A DNA stretch of 64,000 bases. It comes from Euprymna scolopes. Lineage: Eukaryota. The stretch is from assembly GCA_053919585.1 (NCBI GenBank), contig CM132813.1, one strand, 5' to 3'. Made by a program: the position numbers and the translations under genes. Below the pieces are notes generated by a model, which was not told where the DNA came from, made no database searches, and saw only the letters and a list, made by a program, of their open reading frames with translations. Positions 1-11,305 of the stretch are shown in pieces. The stretch's first letter is position 1. Every line of letters starts with the position of its first letter.

Positions 1-2192
1 TGAATCGAACTACTGTATTTCTATTTTAATACTAATCGGATAATCAAAGTTCAACTCTTAAGTTGGTGAGCTGGACGGAAACTATTTGATGACGGAATGG
101 GGTCCGTAAGCTGCGGGTCGCTGATCCATGAGATGTAATACAACTGTGTTTGTTTTGAAAATTTTAGGTTTGGAAACAAAAAAGAAATATAAACATTTAT
201 TGTTTGATTATTTGAGTTATTTTGGATCGAGGAATGTGGTGGAAAGAAAAAAACAACAATTTTCATAATTACAATCACTGTAACATAGCGTTGACGGGTA
301 TATGTCGAACCGTGAGCGAAATAACGTCAAAGTAAGGAAAAAGAAGATTATAAAAAGAAGAGAGCAACCCCGTTAGAGATGTGGATAATGTGCAAGAGCA
401 CGTTCGAGAAGAAGATCACGTGAGAGACGTCATAACGAGAAGTCATGCAGTTTGAAGTTCTTTTCTATTCTTAGTTTATTTTGCGACTGAGACTACAACG
501 TGTTCGGTAACATTATATCACCAATTGAGGCAGAATCGGAGAAAAACAACGGAGCTAAAGATCGATGTGAATAGACGTTCTGCCTCTTTCTTCTTTCAGC
601 GGGGACTAGAGAGCTGTAAAGCTGTGTGTGCCAAACGAATGAAGTGTAAGATATGAAAAACTTTTCTTGTTTTGGTTCTTAATTTTTTGTTGAATAAGAA
701 TCGGTCTCTAAACAGCTTTCATGCAAAAGAACGGGATACAAGACTACAATCGACACTCGTCCAAAAATCCCGTTCACGATGAAAGTTTACCACTTAAACT
801 CGTTATTTATATCTAAATATGAAAAAACAAGAATTGATATTCAATCTATCTGCATCACAAATAAAAAAATCATGCTATTTCAGACAGGCAGAATTATTGA
901 ATGCATCTAATGTATTGTTATGGTGTAAGTTGATCTATCTATTTCAAGAATACATGGACTTATCCAGACGCCATAAATACAGTTATGACTTAGCATTGTG
1001 GAAGTTATTGATGGTACTTATGGACACAGAATCGGATGCATACTTTTTGCAACATACTTTTATTAATAGATTTTTATTAATCATACCACTGTGTTTTACT
1101 TTATTATTACCGGCTCTACAAGGCCACAACATATATAAAGTTGTCTAGTCGGATTTCAGAATGTAGACCTAAAAAGCATTGCATCTGACATATCGATATT
1201 TGATAATGATTAGCCACATTGATTTTCTTCCTTCTAATGTTTTCTAAAGGAATAGAAAAATGTCGTTCTATTCAGTTTGTTTGAAAAAAATACAACCACA
1301 TTATTTCAGTTAGGAAGATTGTTACTATGACGATAATTTTAAACAATTATTCAAATAATCTAAAGATGATAAATCTTTGCAACTTAAAATCTGACTTGAT
1401 ATGTTCCTTTACTTTTAACTTAAACTTATTGAGATAATTACTGAAATTAACAGATAATTAAAAGAAGAATTTTATATCTTTTTCTGTATAATTTTTTTAA
1501 AAAATGTCTAACTCAAAATATCTTATGCAATATTATGAGGCAGGACGTGAGTTTTGAACTCGAGTCGTCAATAAAGGATTTAATGTCAAAATGAACAAAG
1601 CAGGAAACAAAGAATTATTTTGAAAGGAATGCCAAAATGCGAAAACATTCCTTGTCCATGAGATCAGTAGGTAAAAACGCATTACCAACAAAATAATGGT
1701 ATTGTCCAAGAAAGCTGTGATCGGAAGTCAGGTCACAGCAGTATAACAGAACTAACGATGGATGACGTAAACAAAAAGCTAATTTAAACAGAGTATATTT
1801 TGACTGCCCAAAAGAAAAGAGAATCGGATAAATAGGAAGATTTACGGAGAAGAGAAAATCCCCAAAAAGAAGAGTTAGATACAAGGTTGGCTTTTAATCT
1901 AGATAATATTAAGTTCCCCAAAAAAAGACAAAAATAAAATTGCCTCAGTCTGGAAGGATTTCTCCTTCATTGACCGAGGCCAGAAACAATGTAGTGTAAT
2001 ATCAGAAATAAATACTACATTCTGCCTCTAACCAAAAAGCCACTGGAGAAAAAGAGGGAGTCAGTGTAAAAAAAAAAAAAACAAGCAAAAAAATATGGTG
2101 CATTTACTAAGAATTTTTTGGTTATTTATAAATGAATTTAACTAAGAAACAAAAGTATTCATTTTGTCTTGCTGTCCACACTGAGAATTGAA

Positions 2193-2497
2193 ACAAGGAC
2201 CTGTGGCGTAGCGAATAAAGTACTTGTTAAAATTCACTTGCAAAGTTACACTTTTCTGAAGGTTTGAGGCTTAACATCAGTGTGGGTGATATGAAGAATA
2301 CAATTGCGAATTACTTGAAACCTCAACTCAGTCATGACTGACAAAACATCAGCATGGAGATTCACGAGTTTAACAGAAAGATTCCTGAATTTGACAAGAT
2401 ACACCTGAAGAAGGTTAGAGGTTACATCGGCTGAAACGTTATGAAAATGACATTTAAGATAAGAACAATAGTTTGAAGAATCCAAATAATACAAATG
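2193..2497 (+). mobile_element. tRNA-headed, hammerhead-tailed SINE-like element (family HH1), internally deleted copy
   Basis: Head CAAGGACCTGTGGCGTAGCGAATAAAGTAC; hammerhead core CTGAAGA 2405-2411 ... GAAAC-GTT 2433-2440; tail AGTTTGAAGAATCCAAATAATAC shared with other copies; a short inverted piece of the same element lies at ~2157-2192. Confidence 0.85.
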
Positions 2498-2917
2498 AAA
2501 TGAATTTGATTAATCCTTGGTAAAAAAAAGCTGGTTTAAGCTAAGATGCATCTATTCAACACATACGTTTAGTGGTGAAAATCTTATTTCAAACTAAACC
2601 AGGACTGACCAACCAACGAACAAAAAATATATTCTTTATGTCTGAACGTATCTAAAGATCTTAGATTACTTCTATCACAGAATTGTGTGCATGTAAATTT
2701 TAACGTGCGATGATTGCACAAATAAGAAGTAAATAAGAATTTCTGACATTTAGACAAGTGGACCAATAAGAAGTGGCTGTCGTACAGTAAATAATTTCAT
2801 ATAAATATGAAAGAATTACCCTGTAGGTACTAGAATTTTCAAAGGTCAATTTAATTTTAAGCAAGTAGACTATTTTATTTTTAAAGAACTACAATAAATA
2901 AAAATGCATGCATATGC

Positions 2918-2920
<3 letters not shown>

Positions 2921-2971
<51 letters not shown>

Positions 2972-3279
2972 CTGTATGAGAGAGAGAGATGTAGATAGAT
3001 AGGTAGAAAGATAATTATCTAAATATATTTTCATACCATATATATATTTATATATATATATGGTATGAAAATATATTTAGATAATGCTCTCTCTACCTAT
3101 CTACATCTCTCTCTCATACATACATACATACATACATACATAGAGATGTAGATAGATAAGTAGAAAGAGCATTATCTAAATATATTTACATGATATATAT
3201 ATATATATATATCTGGTATGTAAATATATTTACATAATGCTCTCTACCTATCTATCTACAACTCTCTCTCATACATACA

Positions 3280-3312
<33 letters not shown>

Positions 3313-3331
3313 GTGTGTGTTTGCGTGTGTG
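2921..3331. repeat. (TA)n/(TACA)n microsatellites with four alternating-orientation copies of a ~75-bp unit (double foldback)
   Basis: 2961-3038 and 3061-3130 are reverse complements around (TA)n; the pattern repeats at 3141-3192 / 3213-3300. Confidence 0.85.
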
Positions 3332-3430
3332 TAGTATGAAACATATTTATGTTAAGAGAGGCACAGAAGCATTCACGTTTCATTCATAATGGTAATCATA
3401 CTACTCATGTATTGAGCACTGTTGAATACT
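3332..3430 (-). mobile_element. Penelope-like tail fragment (family HH2) with inverted tail piece
   Basis: Minus strand ATGATTACCATTATGAATGAAACGTGAATGCTTCTGTG; plus-strand tail ATGTATTGAGCACTG matches 53060-53090 and the reverse complement of 46510-46540. Confidence 0.45.
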
Positions 3431-3789
3431 GAAAAATAATGCAATGGGGACACAATGTAGTCAACACAGAGGCATACATGGATCGATATTTCACCTGAAA
3501 TTTATGTAGGCTTTTTCAAGATAGAAGACACAAGGAAGTACAAAGTATTTATATATGCAGTATTTTTTTAAATATATAGTGCTCTTGCAAGGTGAGCCTA
3601 GTGCCCTTGCAATGAGAGGACCGATTATCAATCTGCAATTACAACAAACACTTCTGGAACGTTAATTTGACTTTGGACGATCAGATAACTTTCAGATATT
3701 CAAAGCTATGGTTAAAATTAAAATGCTCTATGATCAATAGTTTATATCAATCACATATTTGAAAGATTAATAAAGGACTAAATGTCGGG

Positions 3790-4619
3790 CAAGCAATGGC
3801 AGAATCCTTAGAAAATGACCTCAAGACCGTAGTGGAATAGGTCCGTAAATGGGTGGTAACATTTAATGCTAATAAGACTAAACTACTCTCCTTTAGCAAT
3901 TATAAGAAACCTTCCCAACTACCGTGACAAATAATATCCTATTTGAGAATTATCTCTTTCAAAATCCTCGGCTTACAATTCGCAAGCAATATGACCTGGA
4001 ACAAATACATTGAGAACATTGCGAAGGCTATTGCAAAGAATGTGGGTTCTTTTTATCATGCTAAAATACTACTCATATCGGAGAGTATCCTGTACTTCTA
4101 CAAGGTCACCATTCGCCCTGGCATGGAGTATTGTTGCCACATCTGGACCAATGCATCTACTAATACTCTCTTTCCCCCTCTTAAATAGTGTCCAAAAAAG
4201 TCTCCAATGTAATCGGTTCCACTTTGTCAACTAAGCTCCAACCCTTGACCCATCACCTCAATGTTGCATCCCTGTGCCTGTTTTAATAGCATGTACTCTG
4301 ATGAACTTATTAGACTTGTGCCCCCTCGATGTACATATCCTCGAAAAAAAACATGCTTAACAACATAATCACACCCCTTCACTGTTGAGGTTCCTAAATG
4401 TCAGAAAACTTTCTACTCTAATAGTTTCTTCCCTTGAACAGCTAAGTTTTGAAATTCCCTTTCTGCTACCTGCTTCTCTGACTGTACTGATATGCAGATG
4501 TTTAAATGTAAGGTAAATCAACATCTTGTTCATCTTCCCTAAGCATAGTCTCAAATAGTAGCAACTTACGTCCAAGAGGCGACATGCCTTGTTTGGGGTG
4601 AACGCGAGTAAAAAAAAAA
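3790..4619 (+). mobile_element. CR1/L2-group LINE, 5'-truncated decayed ORF2 3' end (family A)
   Basis: LGLQFASNMTWNKYIENIAK...LYFYKVTIRPGMEYCCHIW; stops and frameshifts; 3' end GCCTTGTTTGGGGTGAA followed by poly(A). Confidence 0.85.
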
Positions 4620-5099
4620 GTAAACCCACTAAATTTATAAGATGGTTAGTTGAGACTAACGGAAAATGGAAGTTTAGTCTGGATCAACTTGCTGAACTCG
4701 AGATTAAAGTTACTTGAACTGTGGGGATTGATAGAAATGGATATGACTTCAAATAGCTCAAAAAGAGAGTGAATTAAAGAAGTTGGAGGTTCCTTGAAGT
4801 AATTAGAAGGGTGAACATGTGGTTTTAAATATATTTTGATAAAATATAATTAAACAATGATGATCCATATCGCTCAGATTCTCCTCTCCGCCCCACGTCC
4901 CAATAACTATTCAAGATGAATAAACATTCTCTCTCTTCCAACAGTTTTGTCTTGACTTAAGCCTTTTTTATGCGCTCTTTCTGCGATCTTTCCAAACTGA
5001 AGAAACACTCATCCATCCATCCAGTGCGACCGTAGCCGAGATTGAACTCACTACACGAGTTTGTAGTGTAATTCAAATCTTATCAGTAGCTGAATACTT

Positions 5100-5359
5100 G
5101 ATGCTTCGCCAGGGCTAACAAGGGTATTTTTTATCGTGACGCCATCACTAGATGGGGTGCCTACCACGGCTTAAGAGAGTCCCATCTACCCTGGAGAGAA
5201 GGATAGACCGCGGCAGTTTCTCAACCTGGTATTTTACCTCACAGTACATACAGCGCCTCACCTTCCCAAAGGGTCACTCATCTGGTACTGGCCAGGTTCA
5301 ACGTTGCTTAACTTCGGTGATCTGGCGAGAACCGGTGTGTCAACGTGATTGTGCCATAC
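5100..5359 (-). mobile_element. 5S rRNA-derived SINE (SINE3-type); 5S head at 5248-5359
   Basis: Minus strand CACGTTGACACACCGGTTCTCGCCAGATCACCGAAGTTAAGCAACG...GGGAA...GCTGTA aligns to the 5S rRNA consensus with many substitutions; followed by an unrelated body. Confidence 0.8.
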
Positions 5360-6261
5360 AGTACTGAAGTCTCCAAATAAGTTCTAATTGGAGAACTTAT
5401 TTGGAGATTGTCTTCCCTCAGTTTGGAAAGATCCAGTCGAGCGTACAAGAGCAAGCAGACAACTCATAAAGTATTATTATGAACTTTTATAAAAACGCAA
5501 CAATATGCTCTTTCTTTACTTTCTCCTATTCAAAAGAACTTAATAAAATTATTTCTAACCTCATTACTGCACATTTTAATTTCACCATAGAAAGAGAGAG
5601 AATATATTTTCTCAGAAAAAAATTGAATAAACCAATTGTTTCATTTCTTCTAATTGATCAAGGTCATATACCCCCTACCAAAAAAAAAAAACAAAACAAA
5701 AGAAAGAAAATAATTTTTTGTTTCCCCCTCCTCTTCTTCCTCTTTACCCTATCTCGCTCTCCTCCTCCTCCCTCTGTCACATTTTCACTCGCCAACCCAC
5801 TGTAAGAACACAATAAATGAGAAATGTCTTTTGTCAAGACTTTTCTGAAGAATTGACCAAATTGGCAATGGCATAATTCAATGTGTTCAATTAAATTCTG
5901 ATCATTTTTCGTTCCATTCAAATGATCAACGAGAGAGTTGTAAATAGCCGACGAAAATCAATCACTCAGAGTTCAATATTTAGTGTTTCTCAACTATGTT
6001 TATTTTATTTTATTGTTTTTCTAAAGAAAATTTACTCCGCGTTTTATTTTCTGCTGAATTAATTTTCATTTGGCAAACAATTGATGATTGATGACGGACG
6101 GTGCTGTAACAAGATAACCTGGGGTCTCATTAACATAGGTTAGTTTATTTACTAACCTGTTTTTGTTTTTTATGGTCACCTTGAGTTATCTCGTTACAGC
6201 ACCATCTGAATTGAAAAGTTTAAATGCTGAATACAATAAATGCTTGCATGTCTGATCATTG

Positions 6262-6408
6262 GTATTATTTGGATTCTTCGGACTACTGTTATCATCCTAA
6301 GTGTTATTTCCATAACGTTTCGAACGATGTAACCTTCGGCCTTCTTTAGGTGTATCTTGTCAAACTCAGGAATCTTTCTGTCAAACTCGAGAATCTGTAT
6401 GGAAATTC
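6262..6408 (-). mobile_element. HH1 5'-truncated inverted copy (hammerhead plus tail)
   Basis: Minus strand GATACACCTAAAGAAGGCCGAAGGTTACATCGTTCGAAACGTTATG...GAAGAATCCAAATAATAC; abuts the head of the next copy. Confidence 0.85.
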
Positions 6409-6751
6409 GCAAGGTCTCGTGGCACAGTGGATAAAGTACTTGATCAAATTTACTTGTAAAATTAAACTATTCTGGTGGTTGAAAGTTCAATTCTCAGTGC
6501 AGGCAATGCTCAAAATATAATTGCGAATAACTTGGGACTTCTACCCAGTCATGTCTGGTGGAACAACGCATACTACACCCGTGGATTAAATAAAGGGTTG
6601 CGTTCAGAATTTCTTGCAGATTTTCTGAGTTTCACAAAGATATCAGAGTTCAACAAGGTACACCTGAAGAAGGTCGGAGGTTACATCGGCTGAAACCTTG
6701 TGAAAATAGCCTTCAAGATGAGAATAGTAGTATGAAGAAACAAAATAATAC
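6409..6751 (+). mobile_element. HH1 full-length tRNA-headed hammerhead SINE-like element
   Basis: A box TGGCACAGTGG 6420-6430; B box GTTCAATTC 6485-6493; conserved body; hammerhead at 6661-6702. Confidence 0.85.
6661..6702 (+). ncRNA. minimal type I hammerhead ribozyme motif (slightly degenerate copy)
   Basis: CAC-CTGAAGA-A-GGTCGG/aggttaca/TCGGCT-GAAAC-CTT-GTG: stem I CAC/GTG, 6-bp stem II with GU pairs; most other copies carry GAAAC-GTT. Confidence 0.75.
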
Positions 6752-7289
6752 GAGCGATAGATCAAATTTATTTAAATTAAAAAACGATTAAATAATGAAA
6801 GGACAAACATATCAATTCTAAACTTCAGCTAAAGACTTACTTTAATCCGAAAGCTAAAACAAAATTATTCTGATATCTTATAATATGAAATAGGATATTA
6901 GGGTTTTCCACAAGTTAATTAAATATATATGAATCAAATTCGTACAAATTTGATTCTGTTGTCAGCAATTTTGAACCACGTGACAGTTGCCAACATTCGG
7001 AAATGAAAGAGGTGCTATGAAATCAACAGGATTCGAACTTGTTGTCCCTTTAACAACTGTCATCTCCCTAGTCACGTGTTGAAATGTAATTGTTTTAGTG
7101 ATAGCTTTGCAATTTAAAAAAAAATGTCGGTTGTTGCGTTTTGTATTCAACTTGGGTTAGAGTTAGTAAAACATGACGTTTCGAATGTGAGTGTGATTGT
7201 TATGATAATTTTAGAGTTAAGACTACGATTAAAATTGAAATTTGGGTTCCCTGTCTTACACTAGCGCCCTTCTGTAGTTATATAAGAAA

Positions 7290-7440
7290 TTGTATTTTAT
7301 CCTGTTCTTCTGCTGGTTCCTCCCTTTCTTGTATCTAGATGATTAATTATGAACTATTGTTCTTTTAATTTATATATTAACCCTTATTCTTTAGTGGTCT
7401 TTGGGCCTTCATAAGTGATAACTCCCATGTAAAAAAAAAA
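7290..7440 (+). mobile_element. LINE family B 3'UTR remnant
   Basis: ATTAACCCTTATTCTTTAGTGGTCTTTGGGCCTTCATAAGTGATAACTC plus poly(A), matching 56713-56775. Confidence 0.6.
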
Positions 7441-7782
7441 TATGCAGGACCCCTCATTCATTCCTGGCATATGCCGACTGTGCTTTCACTGTACTTACAT
7501 GCCCTTACACCCAGTTACTATGTACATCCTTGGGTCCAACTCCAAAAATTCAATATGCGAAATGTAAAAAAAAAATAAAATAAAATAAAGGAAAGATGCT
7601 CTTATGGAATGGAGGAAACGTTTTAAACGGAGTGGGGACTTACCTATACGATTTTCTTCTATTCAATCAATCCATCAATTAATCAATCAATCAATTGATC
7701 AATCAATCAATTATCACAATCAATCAATCCTCCTCCTCCTCCTCCTCCTCCTCCTCCTTCTCCTCCTCCTCCTCCTCCTCCT

Positions 7783-8305
7783 CATCATCATCATCAATTT
7801 AACCTCCATTTTACATACTGGCATATGTTGGACGACTTTAAGAAAATGATTTCCAAATTAAACTATCTCAGGACAAGTATCCATTTATTACATTTTCTCT
7901 CAAGCCGACTCTTACGACTACCTCCTATATTTTCCGCTGACCTTTCTCAGTGAAATTAACCTGTTACTTCAACTCTTCTGCATCTCTTAACCAAATAACC
8001 TTCATCCATTATTTCAATGTGGCCATACCATCAAATTCTCCTATTTTACACATTTCTCTATACTGTCCAGATCTTATACTTAGATCTGATGTTATCAGAT
8101 CTAAGCCCGCCTTTAAGACTCACATCAAACATAGCAGACGTTTCTTGAACTCACTGCTAACTCTTGCTCTGCTCCACCATGTGCTTCAATGATACCAGAA
8201 TTTCTAAACAATCTCAATAAACCAGTAATCCAGTCTTTAACACATCCACTATATCATCCTTATAACATTTTGATCCATGCAACGTATGTCCTCAACACTC
8301 GAGTA
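7783..8305 (-). mobile_element. RTE-clade LINE 3' fragment
   Basis: (GAT)n tail on the minus strand and CGTCCAACATATGCCAGTATG 3' motif, similar to the ends of 13705-14337 and 43500-44362; preceded by (CCT)n at 7729-7782. Confidence 0.7.
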
Positions 8306-8336
8306 ATGTTCTGATTTTTACAACAATGTGTTTTTT

Positions 8337-8583
8337 GCATTATTTGGATTATTCAGACTTTTTGTCACAACGTTTCGGAAAATGTAACCCCTGACCTTCT
8401 CCAGGTGTATCTTGTCGAACTCAAAAATCTTTTTATCAAACTCGGGAATCAGTACGAAATTTCGAATGAAACGCTTTATTTAATTCACTGAGGTAGCATG
8501 CCTTGTTGGTCAGCCATGACCGGGTAGAAGCCTTAAGTAATTCGCAATTGTATTCTTAATATTGCTTTCACTGAGAACTGAAT
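8337..8583 (-). mobile_element. HH1 copy, 5'-truncated at the B box
   Basis: Minus strand CACCTGGAGAAGGTCAGGGGTTACATTTTCCGAAACGTTGTG (8366-8407); body CTTCTACCCGGTCATGGCTGAC. Confidence 0.8.
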
Positions 8584-9516
8584 GTGTTTATTTTAAGTAA
8601 ACATTGCATTGGGAAGCTAGTTAATCGAGTGGATGGCCCCGAAAGGCATAACAAATACTTAATTATGAACGCAGGAAAGACGTTATAGTTTAACAAATCA
8701 TAAAAGCGTGTTCGATCATGACTATTTATGAGAATGCGATCTCAGCAAGTTTTATTAATGGACAGAGATTACTGCGGAGAGTAGAAATATAATCTTCATA
8801 TTTGGCATTTATTTACCGACCAACGGGGATCAAAGTTTATCGTTCTCTTTTAAATCGCATACAAGGTGGCGTTAGAATTTCGAATCTTGAAGTAAATTGC
8901 CGGACGTTTCACTCAGGCTTATCTAATAATATAAATCCACAAAGTAGTTTGTATCCACTGCATATTAATAAAATTATGCGACAACTTTGCGCATGTCCGC
9001 CTGTGAGTGTCTATCTCACTTTAACATAACTTTGATGATCATACATTGAATTATCAGTTATTGAAGGGTTCACATATCAGTATCAAAGTTTACAGCTGCT
9101 TCTGGACGATGTTTATTGGTAGTTATGCAAAATTATACACAATTATTAGTAGCAGCATCCTTCGCCAAATCGAAATTTGAAAATAAGGAATAAAGTCATT
9201 TTCGGTAATGGAATTAATCTACATAACTTGATTCATCTGTGTTACAATGTAAAATTACCATCTTCTTTCCTTCTATATTTTAATACCAGTCTTTCTCGAC
9301 CCCTACATGTCACTGATTCCGATTAACAGCATGATATGGAAATATGTACATACATTTAAAACATTACTTATGGTCGAGTTTGCAGAGTGAATTCAATTAT
9401 ATGCCTTGTGAATGATTTATGTCAAACGATGAATATGGTAAAAGTAACATTAAATAAACAACTGGGATTTATTTCTAGGAAAATGTTGTGTATAACTGCC
9501 TGTTTATAATAATGAA

Positions 9517-10700
9517 TCACCACTTATCAAGGATAAAAGCCATTCGAGGATGATAGTTATGGCATAATTGCCAGTTGAGACAAGAAAAACTATATTAGAG
9601 GATTATGAATGATTAATGAACTTTTTTTTTAATTATTCAATTCTCCCCCCAAACAAGGCACAGTGCCACTTTGAAGTAGGGGACTACTATCAGGGACATA
9701 AGTTGCAGGGATATTAGGAAGGGAGATGAGCAGCAAGATGTTTGTTCACATTACACTTGAACTTATGTATGTCAGTACAGTTAGGAAAGCAGAATCCTGA
9801 AAGGGAGTTCCAAAGTCTAGCAGTTCTGGGGAAGAAACTATTGGACTAGAAGGCTTTCTTACACCTAGGGATCTCTACTGTGTAGGAGTGGGATTGTCGG
9901 GTTTGTCGAGAATATTTACGTCAAGGGGATACAAGTACTTGTAGTTCACCAGAGCATTCACCATTAAAATACTTGTAGAACAGGCAGAGGGATGCAGCAT
10001 TTCGTTGATGGAAGAGAAGCTGAAGCTTAGATGACATTTCAGGACCTATCAGTTTGGCAACTCTCTTTTAAATCCTGTCCAGGAGTGAGAGACTAGTAGC
10101 AGATGCACCAGCCCAAATGTGACAACAGTACTCCATACATGGGCGAATGTTGGCCTTGTACAGGTACAGGATACTTTCAGGCATTAGTAGCTTTCTAGCA
10201 CGGTATCAAATATTTGTGAGGACTGTTCATGACTGAAATCTGTTGACGACTGGCTTGAAGAAGACCATGTTGTAATCTGCAGGAAAGCCGTCGAGTGGTA
10301 ATGTTTCACAGATGCGAGGCCCTTGAAGCAAAGCTCTATTCGTGGAAATTCTACCTGATGCTAGAAATATAAAGGATGAAAGAAAAGTGTTTTTCATTGT
10401 GGTAGTAAAACAAGTTCTTGCTATGATTGCCTCACGAGGAGGAATTAGAGACTGGAGCTCGGTCGAACATCTACCATGGAAATAATGATTTTGTAGAGGG
10501 AAACTAACAACGTCTGTTCTATGATAAAGAGGCTGTAGAGAAGAGAAGAGATGACTCCACCAGATTATGAAGTCAATTATGTACTTTGAATTATGTACTA
10601 AGAAAAAAGTGATCTGAGTGGTACCTCCTGAAATGTGACAAAAGTAGTTCATCTTAGAACATATTTGACTTATATAGACAGAGTATTGCATCTGAACTCA
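9517..10700 (-). mobile_element. LINE family B 3' fragment interrupted by a family A insertion
   Basis: B 3'UTR at 9517-9620; B ORF2 remnant SLQPLYHRTDVVSF...HGRCSTELQSLIPP at 10227-10700. Confidence 0.7.
9622..10205 (-). mobile_element. CR1/L2-group LINE family A 3' fragment
   Basis: Poly(T) then CCCCAAACAAGGCA end; minus strand encodes LYLYKANIRPCMEYCCHIWAGAS. Confidence 0.85.
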
Positions 10701-11239
10701 GTTAATTTTATTTAGGGGAGGGGGGAGTTGATACTCATGGTTGCACAGGTAATATCATTATTGAATAGACGGTTATTTACTCTACGGGACTGAAAACAGA
10801 AACTAGAGCAAATGGTGAACAAGAACTGGATTTGTATGTTGGTTAATGTAAACATTGTTCTCGTTTTTTTTTTTTCTGGAGACAGAATTGTTTATCAAGA
10901 AAGCAGAAGAAGCAAAGTGTGTCAAGAACTGTCAAAGACGGCAAAGAAATAGAAGAATAGAAGAATGTTTTGCTGAAAAACTTAAAGAGAAATTCTTTGG
11001 GAAACGGTAAGAAGCTTTTTTTTAGGCATTTCTATCTTGTTTGTTTTTGTCTTTTACAATATTTATTTTCCTGCATAACAACAAAATAATATATTCTTAA
11101 TATATGTCCATTCTATTTGCGCGATTAGTGATGAAAATGTTATTTCAAATAGACAAAGAGATTCTTGGACACATGTTATACATTTAAGTAACAACAATGT
11201 TTCTCTTGTATCTTTGATACCGAAGTGTGAAAACAACCA

Positions 11240-11243
<4 letters not shown>

Positions 11244-11305
<62 letters not shown>

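Noticed and set aside
819-1148. 109-aa ORF
   Set aside because: No recognisable motif or splice context; length is within chance for this composition
1600-2081. possible poly(A)-ended retroelement
   Set aside because: No recognisable motif and no second copy in the window
5248-5359. functional 5S rRNA gene (also 13365, 22008, 39230)
   Set aside because: Many substitutions and indels, no oligo-T terminator, fused to SINE-like bodies
6412-6505. functional tRNA gene
   Set aside because: Acceptor stem and anticodon are not intact; it is part of a dispersed repeat
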